Below the pieces are notes generated by a model. The model saw only the letters and a program-made list of their open reading frames with translations, was not told the DNA's origin and searched no databases. Made by a program: the position numbers and the translations under genes. Below, in pieces: positions 31,024 to 40,918 of a stretch of DNA of 64,000 bases. This DNA is from a virus (taxonomy: Duplodnaviria; Caudoviricetes). Location: positions 17,777 through 81,776 of the IMG/VR virus record IMGVR_UViG_3300033072_000232. One strand, written 5' to 3'. The first letter of the stretch is position 1. Every line of letters starts with the position of its first letter.

Positions 31024-31566
31024 TTACTCCTTAATTTCAGTTACATCTGGGTTCAGATCGAATTCTAGCATAAACATCAGATTTACAGCTGCTGCTGCTA
31101 GATGTGAATACCCATTCTCAGGGTCTACCTTCTCACCTTTACGATAAGCCTCCACGTGCCTAAAGCAAGCATCTAGATAGCGATCCCTAGCGTTAGGTAC
31201 TTTCTTCCAATTGAATTCAGAATATTTTCTTGCACCGTATGTAAGGTTTTTAGCTACTTCTTCTAGTGCATAAGGAGGAATCAGTCGGTATTGAGGTTTG
31301 TCTGAATCATATTTACGTCCTACGTTTGCATCTACTGGTTCAGTTACTGTTGTTTGCGAATTTCCAACGTAACGAAACATACAGTGTTCTTCATCTTCAA
31401 ATTCATGGTCATACCAAGGAACATCTCCATACTCATCATACCTCATGATAACGCAATCATCTTCCTTGACTTCAACCACAGTGCAAGTTTCATCATCGTG
31501 ATCTACATATACATTACCAACAACCAAAGGATTACCATCAGTATCTACAAATAGTTTGTTTTGCAT
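31024..31566 (-). CDS. dATP/dGTP diphosphohydrolase-domain (DUF5664-like) protein with N-terminal extra domain
   Basis: GRKYDSDKPQY.LIP..LTYGARKY..NW..RY..A..RH..HLA.A motif. Confidence 0.75.
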   Translation of the reverse strand: MQNKLFVDTDGNPLVVGNVYVDHDDETCTVVEVKEDDCVIMRYDEYGDVPWYDHEFEDEEHCMFRYVGNSQTTVTEPVDANVGRKYDSDKPQYRLIPPYALEEVAKNLTYGARKYSEFNWKKVPNARDRYLDACFRHVEAYRKGEKVDPENGYSHLAAAAVNLMFMLEFDLNPDVTEIKE

Positions 31567-31576
31567 TATGTTCTCC

Positions 31577-32065
31577 TTAAATATTGGTTTGTTTGTCTGT
31601 ACTACCAAATCCATTACTTCCGCGAAGTGTAGCATGAATTTCATTTACGAACTCAAACTTTACTTGTGGAGCATCAATTAACATGCACTGAGCAATCTTT
31701 GTGGTATTAGTTACTTTGTAGTAATCGTCTGTCAAGTCAACATCTTTGTTCTTCCTTAGCTTAACCATTAGTTCACCAGTATAATCACTGTCAATAATAC
31801 CAGTACCGTTACTAAGTACTACTTCTGAATTAAACCCTTGACCACTGCGTGAATATACCATCAAACATTTACCTTTTGGAATTTCAAAGAAAAGACCTGT
31901 TCCAAAAATACAAGAATCACTCTCACATATGATACATGAAAAATCACGTTCATTATTATAAGAGTAAGCGTATACATCAAAGCAAGCTGCTCCTTCTGTT
32001 GAGTACACTGGTGCTTTAACATCATCCGCTTTTAGTTTAACTTTCAATACATTCTGCATCTTCAT
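31577..32065 (-). CDS. dut: trimeric dUTPase
   Basis: AACFD, SRSG, GIIDSDYTGE, RGSNGFGST motifs. Confidence 0.9.
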   Translation of the reverse strand: MKMQNVLKVKLKADDVKAPVYSTEGAACFDVYAYSYNNERDFSCIICESDSCIFGTGLFFEIPKGKCLMVYSRSGQGFNSEVVLSNGTGIIDSDYTGELMVKLRKNKDVDLTDDYYKVTNTTKIAQCMLIDAPQVKFEFVNEIHATLRGSNGFGSTDKQTNI

Positions 32066-32307
32066 TCCTTTCGTTAATAATCTCTACATCTTTCTTCTTG
32101 ATAATATTCAGGCAATTAAACCAGCTATTACTTTCCCTTGCCCAATAAGCATCTTTTGTTTCTCTTTCGATGCTTATCGTCTGACCAACAAGTGAATTAT
32201 ACCAAAGCATTGAGTCACTACATTGTATGATTTTAGCTAGCATCTTACTCCTATAAACAATAAAATCCTACCGTGACATAAGCCAGCAGTAGGATTGTAT
32301 CACAGAT

Positions 32308-33339
32308 TTACCTTACCCACTCCTGCCAGCTTCCGTAACGTCCTATCCACCGCCCGTTGTGGTCAAGTACCATTGGTTCAAGTACAGGCAGTGAATTGAT
32401 AATCAATCCTGTACCGACTACTGGACGTTTTAGGTTGCAGTTATTATAACTGAAAGCAAGTGACTTATTATCAATCAAGCAACCTATTTGTAGTCCCCAA
32501 TAGAGATTCGTAGGGTTACCCCAATACTGACTCTTCATGGTTTCATGATAGTGTCCTTGTACAGCATTCATTCCCATTGTCTGTGATAGCTTAACTACAT
32601 CTTGGGATTTACCATGGTGTAAATAACAATCTTGACCATTGGGTAGCTTGATAGTCAAATCAAAGTGCCACTCCCATTTATCACTAACGCCCAGAACTTC
32701 ATTATATGTCTTGATGTAATGCTTAGGAATACCACTGCTCTTTGCCTTGCGCCAGATCAAACTACCATGATTGCTTTCAAGAATATCTAATTCTGGAAAT
32801 AGTTCTTCTAGTTGCTTGATGTATTTCAAGGACTCACTCAGTTCATGTCCTGCTGAATGTAAATCAGGGTCAGAATCATGAAAGCTAAGTGAATGCTTAT
32901 CCAATTCATCACCTAAACAAATTACACGTGTAGGTTTGTATTTATCTTTTAGATACTCAAGGAATTCAAAGGTATCTAGATGATGATACGGAATATGCAT
33001 ATCACTGATAAGCAGGATACACTCATTGTTAAATTCTTTAGGTTTAACCAAAGCCTTAGCTAAGTGTTCTTTGCCGAATTCATCTACAGCTTTATCGAAA
33101 GATTCATCTAGAATTTTAACAACGTCCTCCGGTACATATTTAAAAGCTACATCATAAGGGTCATACTCAGTTCCGTATTTCTCTAGATTGAATTTCTTAG
33201 TTTGTTGTTCAATTAAATATTCATTATACATCTTATTCACATAAGACTTGCTGCGGTTAATCTGCTGCGCAATCCATCGGCTACCATATCCTTGTTCTTT
33301 GTATTCAATGATATAAGCAATTTCTGTTAATTTATTCAT
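32308..33339 (-). CDS. calcineurin-like metallophosphoesterase with N-terminal HTH
   Basis: SDMH, GDELD, SNHG, HG, GHYH motifs. Confidence 0.8.
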   Translation of the reverse strand: MNKLTEIAYIIEYKEQGYGSRWIAQQINRSKSYVNKMYNEYLIEQQTKKFNLEKYGTEYDPYDVAFKYVPEDVVKILDESFDKAVDEFGKEHLAKALVKPKEFNNECILLISDMHIPYHHLDTFEFLEYLKDKYKPTRVICLGDELDKHSLSFHDSDPDLHSAGHELSESLKYIKQLEELFPELDILESNHGSLIWRKAKSSGIPKHYIKTYNEVLGVSDKWEWHFDLTIKLPNGQDCYLHHGKSQDVVKLSQTMGMNAVQGHYHETMKSQYWGNPTNLYWGLQIGCLIDNKSLAFSYNNCNLKRPVVGTGLIINSLPVLEPMVLDHNGRWIGRYGSWQEWVR

Positions 33340-33711
33340 GCGTAAATCCTTTGTGATTTTCTTTCATATATTCCTTTCGTTAATATCAAATCAATTAGTA
33401 ATGATACAATTAGCTTCTACCGTTTCACCATTCCAACCCGATTCTTCTACTTGTTCATAGAACATCTTAATTAGCATATTCTGACTACCTGACAGTGCAC
33501 CTTCAAAACTAGGTTCAATAATAGCAATGCGTTTATCAATCATGTATCCTTGAGCAAGTAGGAACTTACGGAAACATTCTAACTGATACATCCAAGTATT
33601 ATCTTCAGATTGGTTTAAGGTATGAGTAATAGTACCTTCTTCAGTTTCTGATGTAAATGTGATTTTATTCTTAGCGTAAATCATTTCATGATTTTCTTTC
33701 ATAACTTCCTT

Positions 33712-34221
33712 TCAATGTTTTTTCAGCACAGTAGAAATTGCATTATAGCCTAAATCCCTATTGAGCACAGCCTCTGCAAAGATTTCTTTTCGTTGCTTAG
33801 GGTTGATACCTTTGGAATAGCCTAAAGCTTCTAGTACAGCGTTCTGTTGCCCTGCTGTTAGCTTGTTGAACAATACCTTCAGCTTCTTGATCCAACCGGG
33901 ATGCCTCCACCTAGTATCTACAGGCTTGTCCAGATAATCAGCAGCTTGACGTAGGAACGTCTGTAAGTCATGTGGATACCAATGTGCAAGGTAACGATTC
34001 CATAGACCTTCCACCTTACCTAACGTCAAGTTAGCATGTCTGTGTAAAGCACCACGTACAAGTTGTAGGTCATCGTGAGCATGATCACAGTGAGTATCAG
34101 ATAGGTTAACCTTGAGCTTACTCAGTGCACACAATCCTTGCTGTTCTTTCAGAAGCAAAGCACGTACCTTAGCCACATCTGCTGCTGTGAATAAGTCCTG
34201 TGTATCTTTGCTTACTTGCAT
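33712..34221 (-). CDS. endonuclease VII-like resolvase
   Basis: CDHAH...VRGALH..AN..LG motif. Confidence 0.7.
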   Translation of the reverse strand: MQVSKDTQDLFTAADVAKVRALLLKEQQGLCALSKLKVNLSDTHCDHAHDDLQLVRGALHRHANLTLGKVEGLWNRYLAHWYPHDLQTFLRQAADYLDKPVDTRWRHPGWIKKLKVLFNKLTAGQQNAVLEALGYSKGINPKQRKEIFAEAVLNRDLGYNAISTVLKKH

Positions 34222-34555
34222 AACAAAGAATCCAAATCCCGGTAATCTTCTAGCTTTCTACTTACTTCTGCAAGTTGTTTCCGTAGAGTAGCTACTTCTT
34301 CAGCTAGTGAATTATTCTTCTTAGCTAATTTCTTATAACCTCCTACTGGTGCAAGACGCTCAACTCTTTGAGCTTCGCTTTCTTGCCACACGCCGAAACA
34401 TTCAGCTTTCCATCGTAGGGTTTCATTTTGTTGATGCATCAGTTCATCGGCTGCTTCTGATAGCAAATAACGAATTTCATCTAAGTCAGTAGCAAATACT
34501 GAGTTACGTTCTTGAGATTTACTGATTAGTCTTTGTACTAAGTTATCTTTTTGAA

Positions 34556-35530
34556 TCATAGGTCTACTCCATATTTATTACAAAACTTAACGAAATCTAG
34601 ATCATCAAACTCATCTGTTTTCATTCTGCATGCCTTAAAGTACATATCTGCAATCTGAATATAATCAGCAGTATGCTCTACACCGTTCCAAGCAGTATAA
34701 GTAACAGGCTTTGGATACCATTGCTTGTACTGCTGAATTACTTTACTCAGTGCTTCTTGCTCTGACTTGCATTCATGCAGTAATTTATAAGCTGATTTCT
34801 CACCATACTTGATGCCAGCTAATTCAGCAGGATTAAACGAGTCAGTTTTATCACCGAGAATATGCTGTAAAGCATACCACAAGAATCCATTACCGCGTAC
34901 TTTGTTTTTATCATCAATCCATAAAGAGCCTAGCTGTGGAATCTCTACTATTCCTTGTTCCGGTTTATCTTGATTATAGATTTGTAGTCCAGAATAAGCT
35001 AAGGAATCCTTGTCAATCGTCATGATGATAGGTTCATAACCTCTGTTCTTCAGATCATAAGCAGTATAGATAATAGCATCATCTGGCTCTTCTCCATTAC
35101 AAACTACTGCTTTATATTTGGCCGCAGCGAACTTCTTTACGTCAGATAATAATAAAGGACGTAATGTAGTAGCTCTACTAGATTTATACTTAGTAGGGAA
35201 TGGCAGATTATCCCTGAAGTTATCTTTACCAGAAATAAAGTAAATTACTTCTTCTACTTCTAAAGTTTCAATATATCTAGCTAGCATTGATTTCAAAGTA
35301 TGACAAGCATTTTCAATAGGTTCTGGTTCCTGAACATCTTTGAAAGAATATTCTGTTATCTTATCTTCTTTTTGTTTAGCTTTCAGTACTTCTTTGAATT
35401 CAGTTCTAGTCTTGAATGATTTCTGGATGCCTGTGAGTTCGTGTGTAACTAATACAGAACGATCCTCTGATACAGCAGCAGCAGCAAAGCATGGTGTATC
35501 TAAATCAATGATTAGTATTTTCTTTGTCAT
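34556..35530 (-). CDS. 5-3 exonuclease (T7 gp6 / FEN-like)
   Basis: IDLD, EPDD, TIDKDS, GDKTD acidic motifs. Confidence 0.85.
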   Translation of the reverse strand: MTKKILIIDLDTPCFAAAAVSEDRSVLVTHELTGIQKSFKTRTEFKEVLKAKQKEDKITEYSFKDVQEPEPIENACHTLKSMLARYIETLEVEEVIYFISGKDNFRDNLPFPTKYKSSRATTLRPLLLSDVKKFAAAKYKAVVCNGEEPDDAIIYTAYDLKNRGYEPIIMTIDKDSLAYSGLQIYNQDKPEQGIVEIPQLGSLWIDDKNKVRGNGFLWYALQHILGDKTDSFNPAELAGIKYGEKSAYKLLHECKSEQEALSKVIQQYKQWYPKPVTYTAWNGVEHTADYIQIADMYFKACRMKTDEFDDLDFVKFCNKYGVDL

Positions 35531-36082
35531 AGTACCTTTCTTTATCAGTAATTATACAATTACTTTCCTATTCATTTCTTCTACATATTCCAACAACACC
35601 TTAGACTGATAGTAATTCAAATCTACACCAGCAGCAATAGCACGTTGTTTTAATGCAAGAACTTTATCATTTTGTTTGCATGTTTCATATGATTTTAAGA
35701 CTTGATAATTGTAATGAGCATCTGTTTCTTTACTAAGGCGCATCACAGTAGCAGCATATCCGTCACGCTCACCATCATAATCAGTCTCTGCTTCTATTCT
35801 AATCCAATCAGTATCCTTACATCCTTCTAATAGCATTTCTATAGTTACTTTATTAAAGTGCTCTGGTTTATAGTATCTGAACTGCATATAATCCTGATTG
35901 TTATCACTCAATAGAGGCTCGGATATAGTTTGTCGTCTAGGTGCTGAATAACCTTGCTTGCGAATTTCACGAAGCATCTTAGATATGTTATTCCGTATAT
36001 CGCTGTCAGTCATAAGTACTCCTTTCTCTACATACAAGAAAACCCACCAGAATTAACCAGTGGGTTACTGCTTAGATATTAC

Positions 36083-36298
36083 TTACGTCACTTCTTTAAT
36101 GAAGTCCAAAAGCTCGGAAGTTTTATCTTCCAAATCCTTCAATGCATCTTTAGCTTTCGCCTTAGCAACCTTAGCTAGTAAGCTATGATCCAGTCCAGCA
36201 TCTTTAGCTTCAGTTAGAATCTGTTTAGCATCTAGAAGCAGAGTCTCGATCTCTGAATAGATTGGGATTAGTTTTTGTAGAACGTCTTGGTTTTGCAT
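36083..36298 (-). CDS. small DsbA/GapR-like DNA-binding protein (tentative)
   Basis: 71 aa helical, EAKDAGLD pattern. Confidence 0.4.
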   Translation of the reverse strand: MQNQDVLQKLIPIYSEIETLLLDAKQILTEAKDAGLDHSLLAKVAKAKAKDALKDLEDKTSELLDFIKEVT

Positions 36299-36952
36299 AT
36301 TATTCCTTTAGTAATTTTGTGAAGAGGCAACGCGCTGGTACGCAGCAGATAGTGCATCAATTAGTGACACATCATTAACTTGAATAGCAGCAATTAGTGC
36401 TGTTGTTAATGTATTTAGCAGTTGTTCTTTCATAATGCTCTTTAGTTTAGTTTCTTTGAAATACCTGCTAGCTTAGCAATGATGCCACCGAAGCTAACCA
36501 TCTGAATCCAGATCATTGCAAGCCATGTCCAGAATGTATAAGCAATCTGTAGATTGAATAGAAGGTTCAATGAAGCGATTGTAATGAGTGGCCCTACACC
36601 GATTAGAATAATAAATAGTAGGAGTAAGCCTAGAATACCTGTAATACCCATAATGTCGCGTGTTGATTTATTCATATGTTCCTTTATGTAAATGTTAATT
36701 TTAATTGTTGATATGCTTTTGCTAAAGCATCTATTTCTTTGTAGTCATGACAAGAAATACAAACTGATATTTTATCAAGAAGTTCAGTTAATAGTTTATC
36801 TTGATATTCTTTAATCATAGTACTCACAATAGTTCCTTTACTGATTATTGGCCGATAGAGCGATTATTCTTGTTTTCTATACAAAGGTATTTGCTCTAAG
36901 AATAAATCGCTGTATGGCTTGTTTTAGATGCCTTTGTGAGGCTTATATTACA

Positions 36953-37564
36953 TCAGAATGGATCAGATGAGTCCGAGCCATCTACAGGAGGTTTAACCTT
37001 AGCTTTAGCTTTCTCTACTGCTTTAGCTGGTACTTTCACAGGAGTACTTGAGCCGTCATCTGCGTCAAACTCGGAACCTGATTCGTAGTTACTACCTTTA
37101 CCGCCTTCGTATTCAATCAAGTCAGTAACTAGTACATTCTTTAGTCGAGCTACGTTGCCCATCTTACCTTCATAGTGATCAATACTGATTTCACCTTTAC
37201 TACCATTTGAAGGTAGGATTGTAGTCGTAATATCTACCAGTACACCTCCTTTACGTTGGAATACTCGTGGGCGGTATTTGTCTGGAAGGTCGGCACCATT
37301 GGCTAGCTTTGTATTTTTACGTAAAGTAATCACCCATACATTCTTACCAGCGCCTTCAGGAACTGGGCATTTGTAAGTTTCTTCAAAGTCTGCTGCTTTT
37401 ACTTTCTTAGCAGATTGCTTTGGGTATAGGTCATTGAATTCATCAACAATATCTTCGTCTGTGATAACAATCCCAGATTTATATTCTTGACCTTTTGATT
37501 CCTCGTAGCAATTGCGAGGCTTATCAAGCATTACATATACAAGAGTACCGATTAGTGATTTCAT
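36953..37564 (-). CDS. single-stranded DNA-binding protein (T7 gp2.5-like)
   Basis: Acidic C-terminus ending in DPF; replication module context. Confidence 0.65.
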   Translation of the reverse strand: MKSLIGTLVYVMLDKPRNCYEESKGQEYKSGIVITDEDIVDEFNDLYPKQSAKKVKAADFEETYKCPVPEGAGKNVWVITLRKNTKLANGADLPDKYRPRVFQRKGGVLVDITTTILPSNGSKGEISIDHYEGKMGNVARLKNVLVTDLIEYEGGKGSNYESGSEFDADDGSSTPVKVPAKAVEKAKAKVKPPVDGSDSSDPF

Positions 37565-37771
37565 TTAAATTTCCTTTCATGTAGCGATTTACTATCGCTT
37601 GGTTAATAAATGATGATTTTAGAAGGTTCATCAACCTTAGATTATTAAATACTATCATTGATATGACCTATTCCTTGCAAGGAGAATGCTTATTTATTCG
37701 TGATGGCTGCAAACCTATCCGTTTATAACTAAGACTAACATCAACAAGTCATATCAATGATGGCCCGCCGA

Positions 37772-37860
37772 TGGACAGTCCCGGAGGTATCGAACCCCTC
37801 GTCATCCATCTTCTTGTTTTACGACAACGCCTTAGAACGACGTTAGAAGAACGGGACTGT
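37772..37860 (-). ncRNA. atypical tRNA-like RNA ending in CCA
   Basis: ACAGTCCC/GGGACTGT acceptor stem, GTTCGAT T-loop, encoded CCA, no canonical D arm. Confidence 0.55.
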
Positions 37861-37865
37861 AATCT

Positions 37866-37940
37866 TGGTGCAAATGAGTGGACTCGAACCACTACTGTCT
37901 GAATTATGAGTTCAGGGCTTCTCCTTTAAGCTACATTTGC
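37866..37940 (-). tRNA. tRNA with CAT anticodon (Met or Ile2)
   Basis: Full cloverleaf GCAAATG..CTGAA-CTCATAA-TTCAG..AGTGG-TTCGAGT-CCACT-CATTTGC-A-CCA. Confidence 0.9.
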
Positions 37941-38634
37941 AATATCTGAATTATATCACAGATTACAAACTCCTGAAATATTTCTTTTGCTTTTCATCAG
38001 AGTAATCATTCCAGCTACCTTCAGTCCAAGAACCAAAGGTAGCTTTAGAAATCCTGATTACGTGCTTACATCCTTCACCAGAAGGTGGAAGTCTGTTCTG
38101 GTAGAACCTTCATTGTACCAGAATAATACTCTTGGTTAAAACAACAAAGACTATTAGCTAGAAAACGCTCATATTCAGCTTCATAGAACCACCAAGGAAG
38201 TACGTTATTGATTGACATTTTAAATTATTCGTAAATGGTCACTAGTTTTTCTTTGGGCTCTACAAAGAACCACTTGCTGAATTCACTTCCACTATAACTT
38301 TGATACCAACCATCAAATTTAACGTAGCATTTCTCGTTGGTTTGATTGCCAGTAAATTCGTAGACTGACCAATAATCTTCACCTTCATCTTCAGCATCAT
38401 GAGAATCTACGTTCTTAAATGAAATCTGTTCTTGCATAAAGCAGATTTTAGCTTGGGTAGTTTCTTCGTCATCATATTTACTGAATTCATCTTCCATTTC
38501 AGACTGAAAGAATCCACCAGAAATTACTTCTGATTCTACTTCACCTAGTAAGCGTTTTACTTTAGCTTGGAAATCTGATTTAGTATTTTGACCTTGCTTT
38601 GACATATTTACTCCTTAATTAACTATTCAACTAC

Positions 38635-39435
38635 TTAACATTCTAGAATAGATTTTACTCTAGAAAACTTATCTGGATTATACAAAGAAAGAACTTCAGG
38701 GTAATTATCTATAGCAAAACTACGGAACCATCCTGAGCACAATGTAGTACATACTTTCTTCAGTGCTTTCATATAAGCCAGCTTTGAATTATACTCCCAG
38801 TTCTTTGGTACTAAGAACCTTTCAGTAGCAATCACCATAGTTTCTTCAGCTACGCATTGTAGTTTCTGAGTATAGCTTAGTTCATTCCATAAGTACTCAT
38901 GGCACCATGCTTTTGTAGGATCAGTCTGTAGCTTAGTATACAAAGGTTTAACTTCGTAAGCAAATAACTCATGTAAGTAATCGTGATTATATTTCTTAGT
39001 CACAGCATCGTCAAAGAAATCTTCATTTAATTGATTCAAATTAGGTTTTACTTGAGGATATTGTTCAAGGGTTAGATTGATACGTTCTTCAAGAAACTCC
39101 TTTTCTTCTTTCATCAAGAATTCAGGTTTTGGTAAATACTTATGAAACATTGTAATGTGCTTATCCCAACCTAGTTCACGATGTAGATGCGAACGCTTGA
39201 TAATATACAGAACAGCAGGTGTAGCTACATGCAGCAAATATCCGTTGAATTCAATTGGTTTATACCAGAAGTGAACCAATGATTCTACTTTTGCGTTATT
39301 GAGTACAGCAGGTGAATGCCACTCAGTTCCTTCAATGGGTTGTTCACTGATTACATCCCAATCTGTATCATCGTTGATTGGAACGTGAGGATACCAATAG
39401 TTTAATGCCCTACTACCGATTAGGATGTTCCTCAT
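38635..39435 (-). CDS. conserved phage protein, possible nucleotidyltransferase fold
   Basis: IGS..DTDWD motif resembling GS..DxD; HDYLHE motif. Confidence 0.45.
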   Translation of the reverse strand: MRNILIGSRALNYWYPHVPINDDTDWDVISEQPIEGTEWHSPAVLNNAKVESLVHFWYKPIEFNGYLLHVATPAVLYIIKRSHLHRELGWDKHITMFHKYLPKPEFLMKEEKEFLEERINLTLEQYPQVKPNLNQLNEDFFDDAVTKKYNHDYLHELFAYEVKPLYTKLQTDPTKAWCHEYLWNELSYTQKLQCVAEETMVIATERFLVPKNWEYNSKLAYMKALKKVCTTLCSGWFRSFAIDNYPEVLSLYNPDKFSRVKSILEC

Positions 39436-39926
39436 ATTACTCTCCAAACTGTTCTTTCAACTTAAGGTACAACTGATAATCAGGGTTGTTTTGCTTTGCT
39501 AGACGTTTCTTAATGCTTTCTACTTCGTATTCTGCAATGTAGAACCCAAAATCTTCACAGGCACTCAGTACATCCTCTACAGTATACTTCGGTTCTTCGT
39601 TAGTTTCTTCGTTAGTTTCTTGCATCATAACTCCTTCGGTTTCTGTAGGTTCTGTAGGTTCTTTCTTGATCCAGATTACACGATCGATTGTGCGACAACC
39701 TTTATCAGAATTTACGATTGAGCTGCACAATTGTGAATCATACCTCGCAACACATCCAACACAAGCGTCGATTTCTTGTTTAGATTCATAAGTAATACCG
39801 TTGATATTAACTTCCATGATTTACTCCTTGTAACTAGACACTTCAACGAAGTTGTCGTTTGATTTGTTGATGTACGGATTGTACCACAGGTGTGAAGCTG
39901 TGGTAGTAGTTTAGTGAAACGTAGGG

Positions 39927-40412
39927 TTATTGTACTGCGTCAATCAACTTCTTAGCTTCATTAATGTAATAGCTGTAGTCCAGCTTACTCCAACTGAAAT
40001 CAGAAATGTCATTACAGGTACTGACTTCATAGTCAGTGTCTATACCTAACCGTCGTACTTCTCCGCCTGCTTCTAATGCTGGCATCAACTTCACAAGTTT
40101 ACCTCCTTGCTTACTCGGATAGTATCTGCAAATATTCTGTTGTGGAATATCTTCACCATCTACCACAAGAACAAGACTAGATGACCTTGGTACTTTAGTA
40201 CGTAGCATAAAGTCATATTTATCACGATGCAAGCGAATGAATTCTTCATGGTCTACTCCTAAGACTAATTCCATTGAAACTGCCATTGAAATCACCATTG
40301 CACTGTGATTTTTATGAAAACCGAGTTTATCAAAAGGTAGTACTTCATATGCACCTTTAGTTTTTACTTTACCAGATTTGATTAAGTCACGCAGTACTTG
40401 TAAATCAATCAT
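39927..40412 (-). CDS. DNA polymerase family B, C-terminal fragment
   Basis: KVKTKGAYE..FHKN..LDYSYYINEA thumb-like region; own GGGAG SD and ATGA overlap. Confidence 0.8.
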   Translation of the reverse strand: MIDLQVLRDLIKSGKVKTKGAYEVLPFDKLGFHKNHSAMVISMAVSMELVLGVDHEEFIRLHRDKYDFMLRTKVPRSSSLVLVVDGEDIPQQNICRYYPSKQGGKLVKLMPALEAGGEVRRLGIDTDYEVSTCNDISDFSWSKLDYSYYINEAKKLIDAVQ

Positions 40413-40918
40413 CGCACACTCCCGTGATTTACATGAAATTCATAAGTTATACTCATTTCTTTACGAGCTTCAATAGCTTCTTCTATTGTATCAAAATACC
40501 CAGCAAATAATCTTTCCCCATTTCGTTGAGCATGCGCGTAGTACTTACCGCATTTCATTGCTACTCCAATATAGCCAGTTGGGTTATCAACTCTCAGTTT
40601 AAGATTACGCATGTTACCCAATCTATCAGTAGCCCTTAGATTTTCAAATTTATTATTTTGACAATTACCGTCGATGTGGTCAATTACATTAGGCCATTCT
40701 CCTGTTTCAATAAAGTAAACTAACTTATGAAGTACATACCTTTTCCCAGAAATACTTACGCGAATATAACCATACTTCCCTGTCCTTGTGATTCCTTCTA
40801 TTAAATAGTTACAAGGAACTAAATTTCCGTAACGGTCTCTGTATCCTATTCTATAACATTCACCTGTTGATGGGTTATAACTTAAATGTTTATTTAGTTC
40901 TTCAATATCAATCATCAT
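40409..40918 (-). mobile_element. free-standing HNH/AP2 homing endonuclease splitting the polymerase
   Basis: IDHIDGNCQNNKFENLR; ATGA overlaps at both ends. Confidence 0.85.

Noticed and set aside
31024-31566. 2-aminoadenine (Z) genome pathway suggested by the DUF5664-like domain
   Set aside because: No purZ or datZ homolog in the window; the domain also occurs alone
37829-37840. Amber-suppressor reading (CTA) of the tRNA-like RNA, or genome-wide TAG recoding
   Set aside because: Best stem gives TCT, not CTA; TAG is a normal stop at 22783, 23039 and 60066; suppression would not restore the DLH motif
40409-40918. Self-splicing intron or intein in the DNA polymerase
   Set aside because: ORFs overlap by ATGA with their own SDs, leaving no non-coding core; no intein terminal motifs
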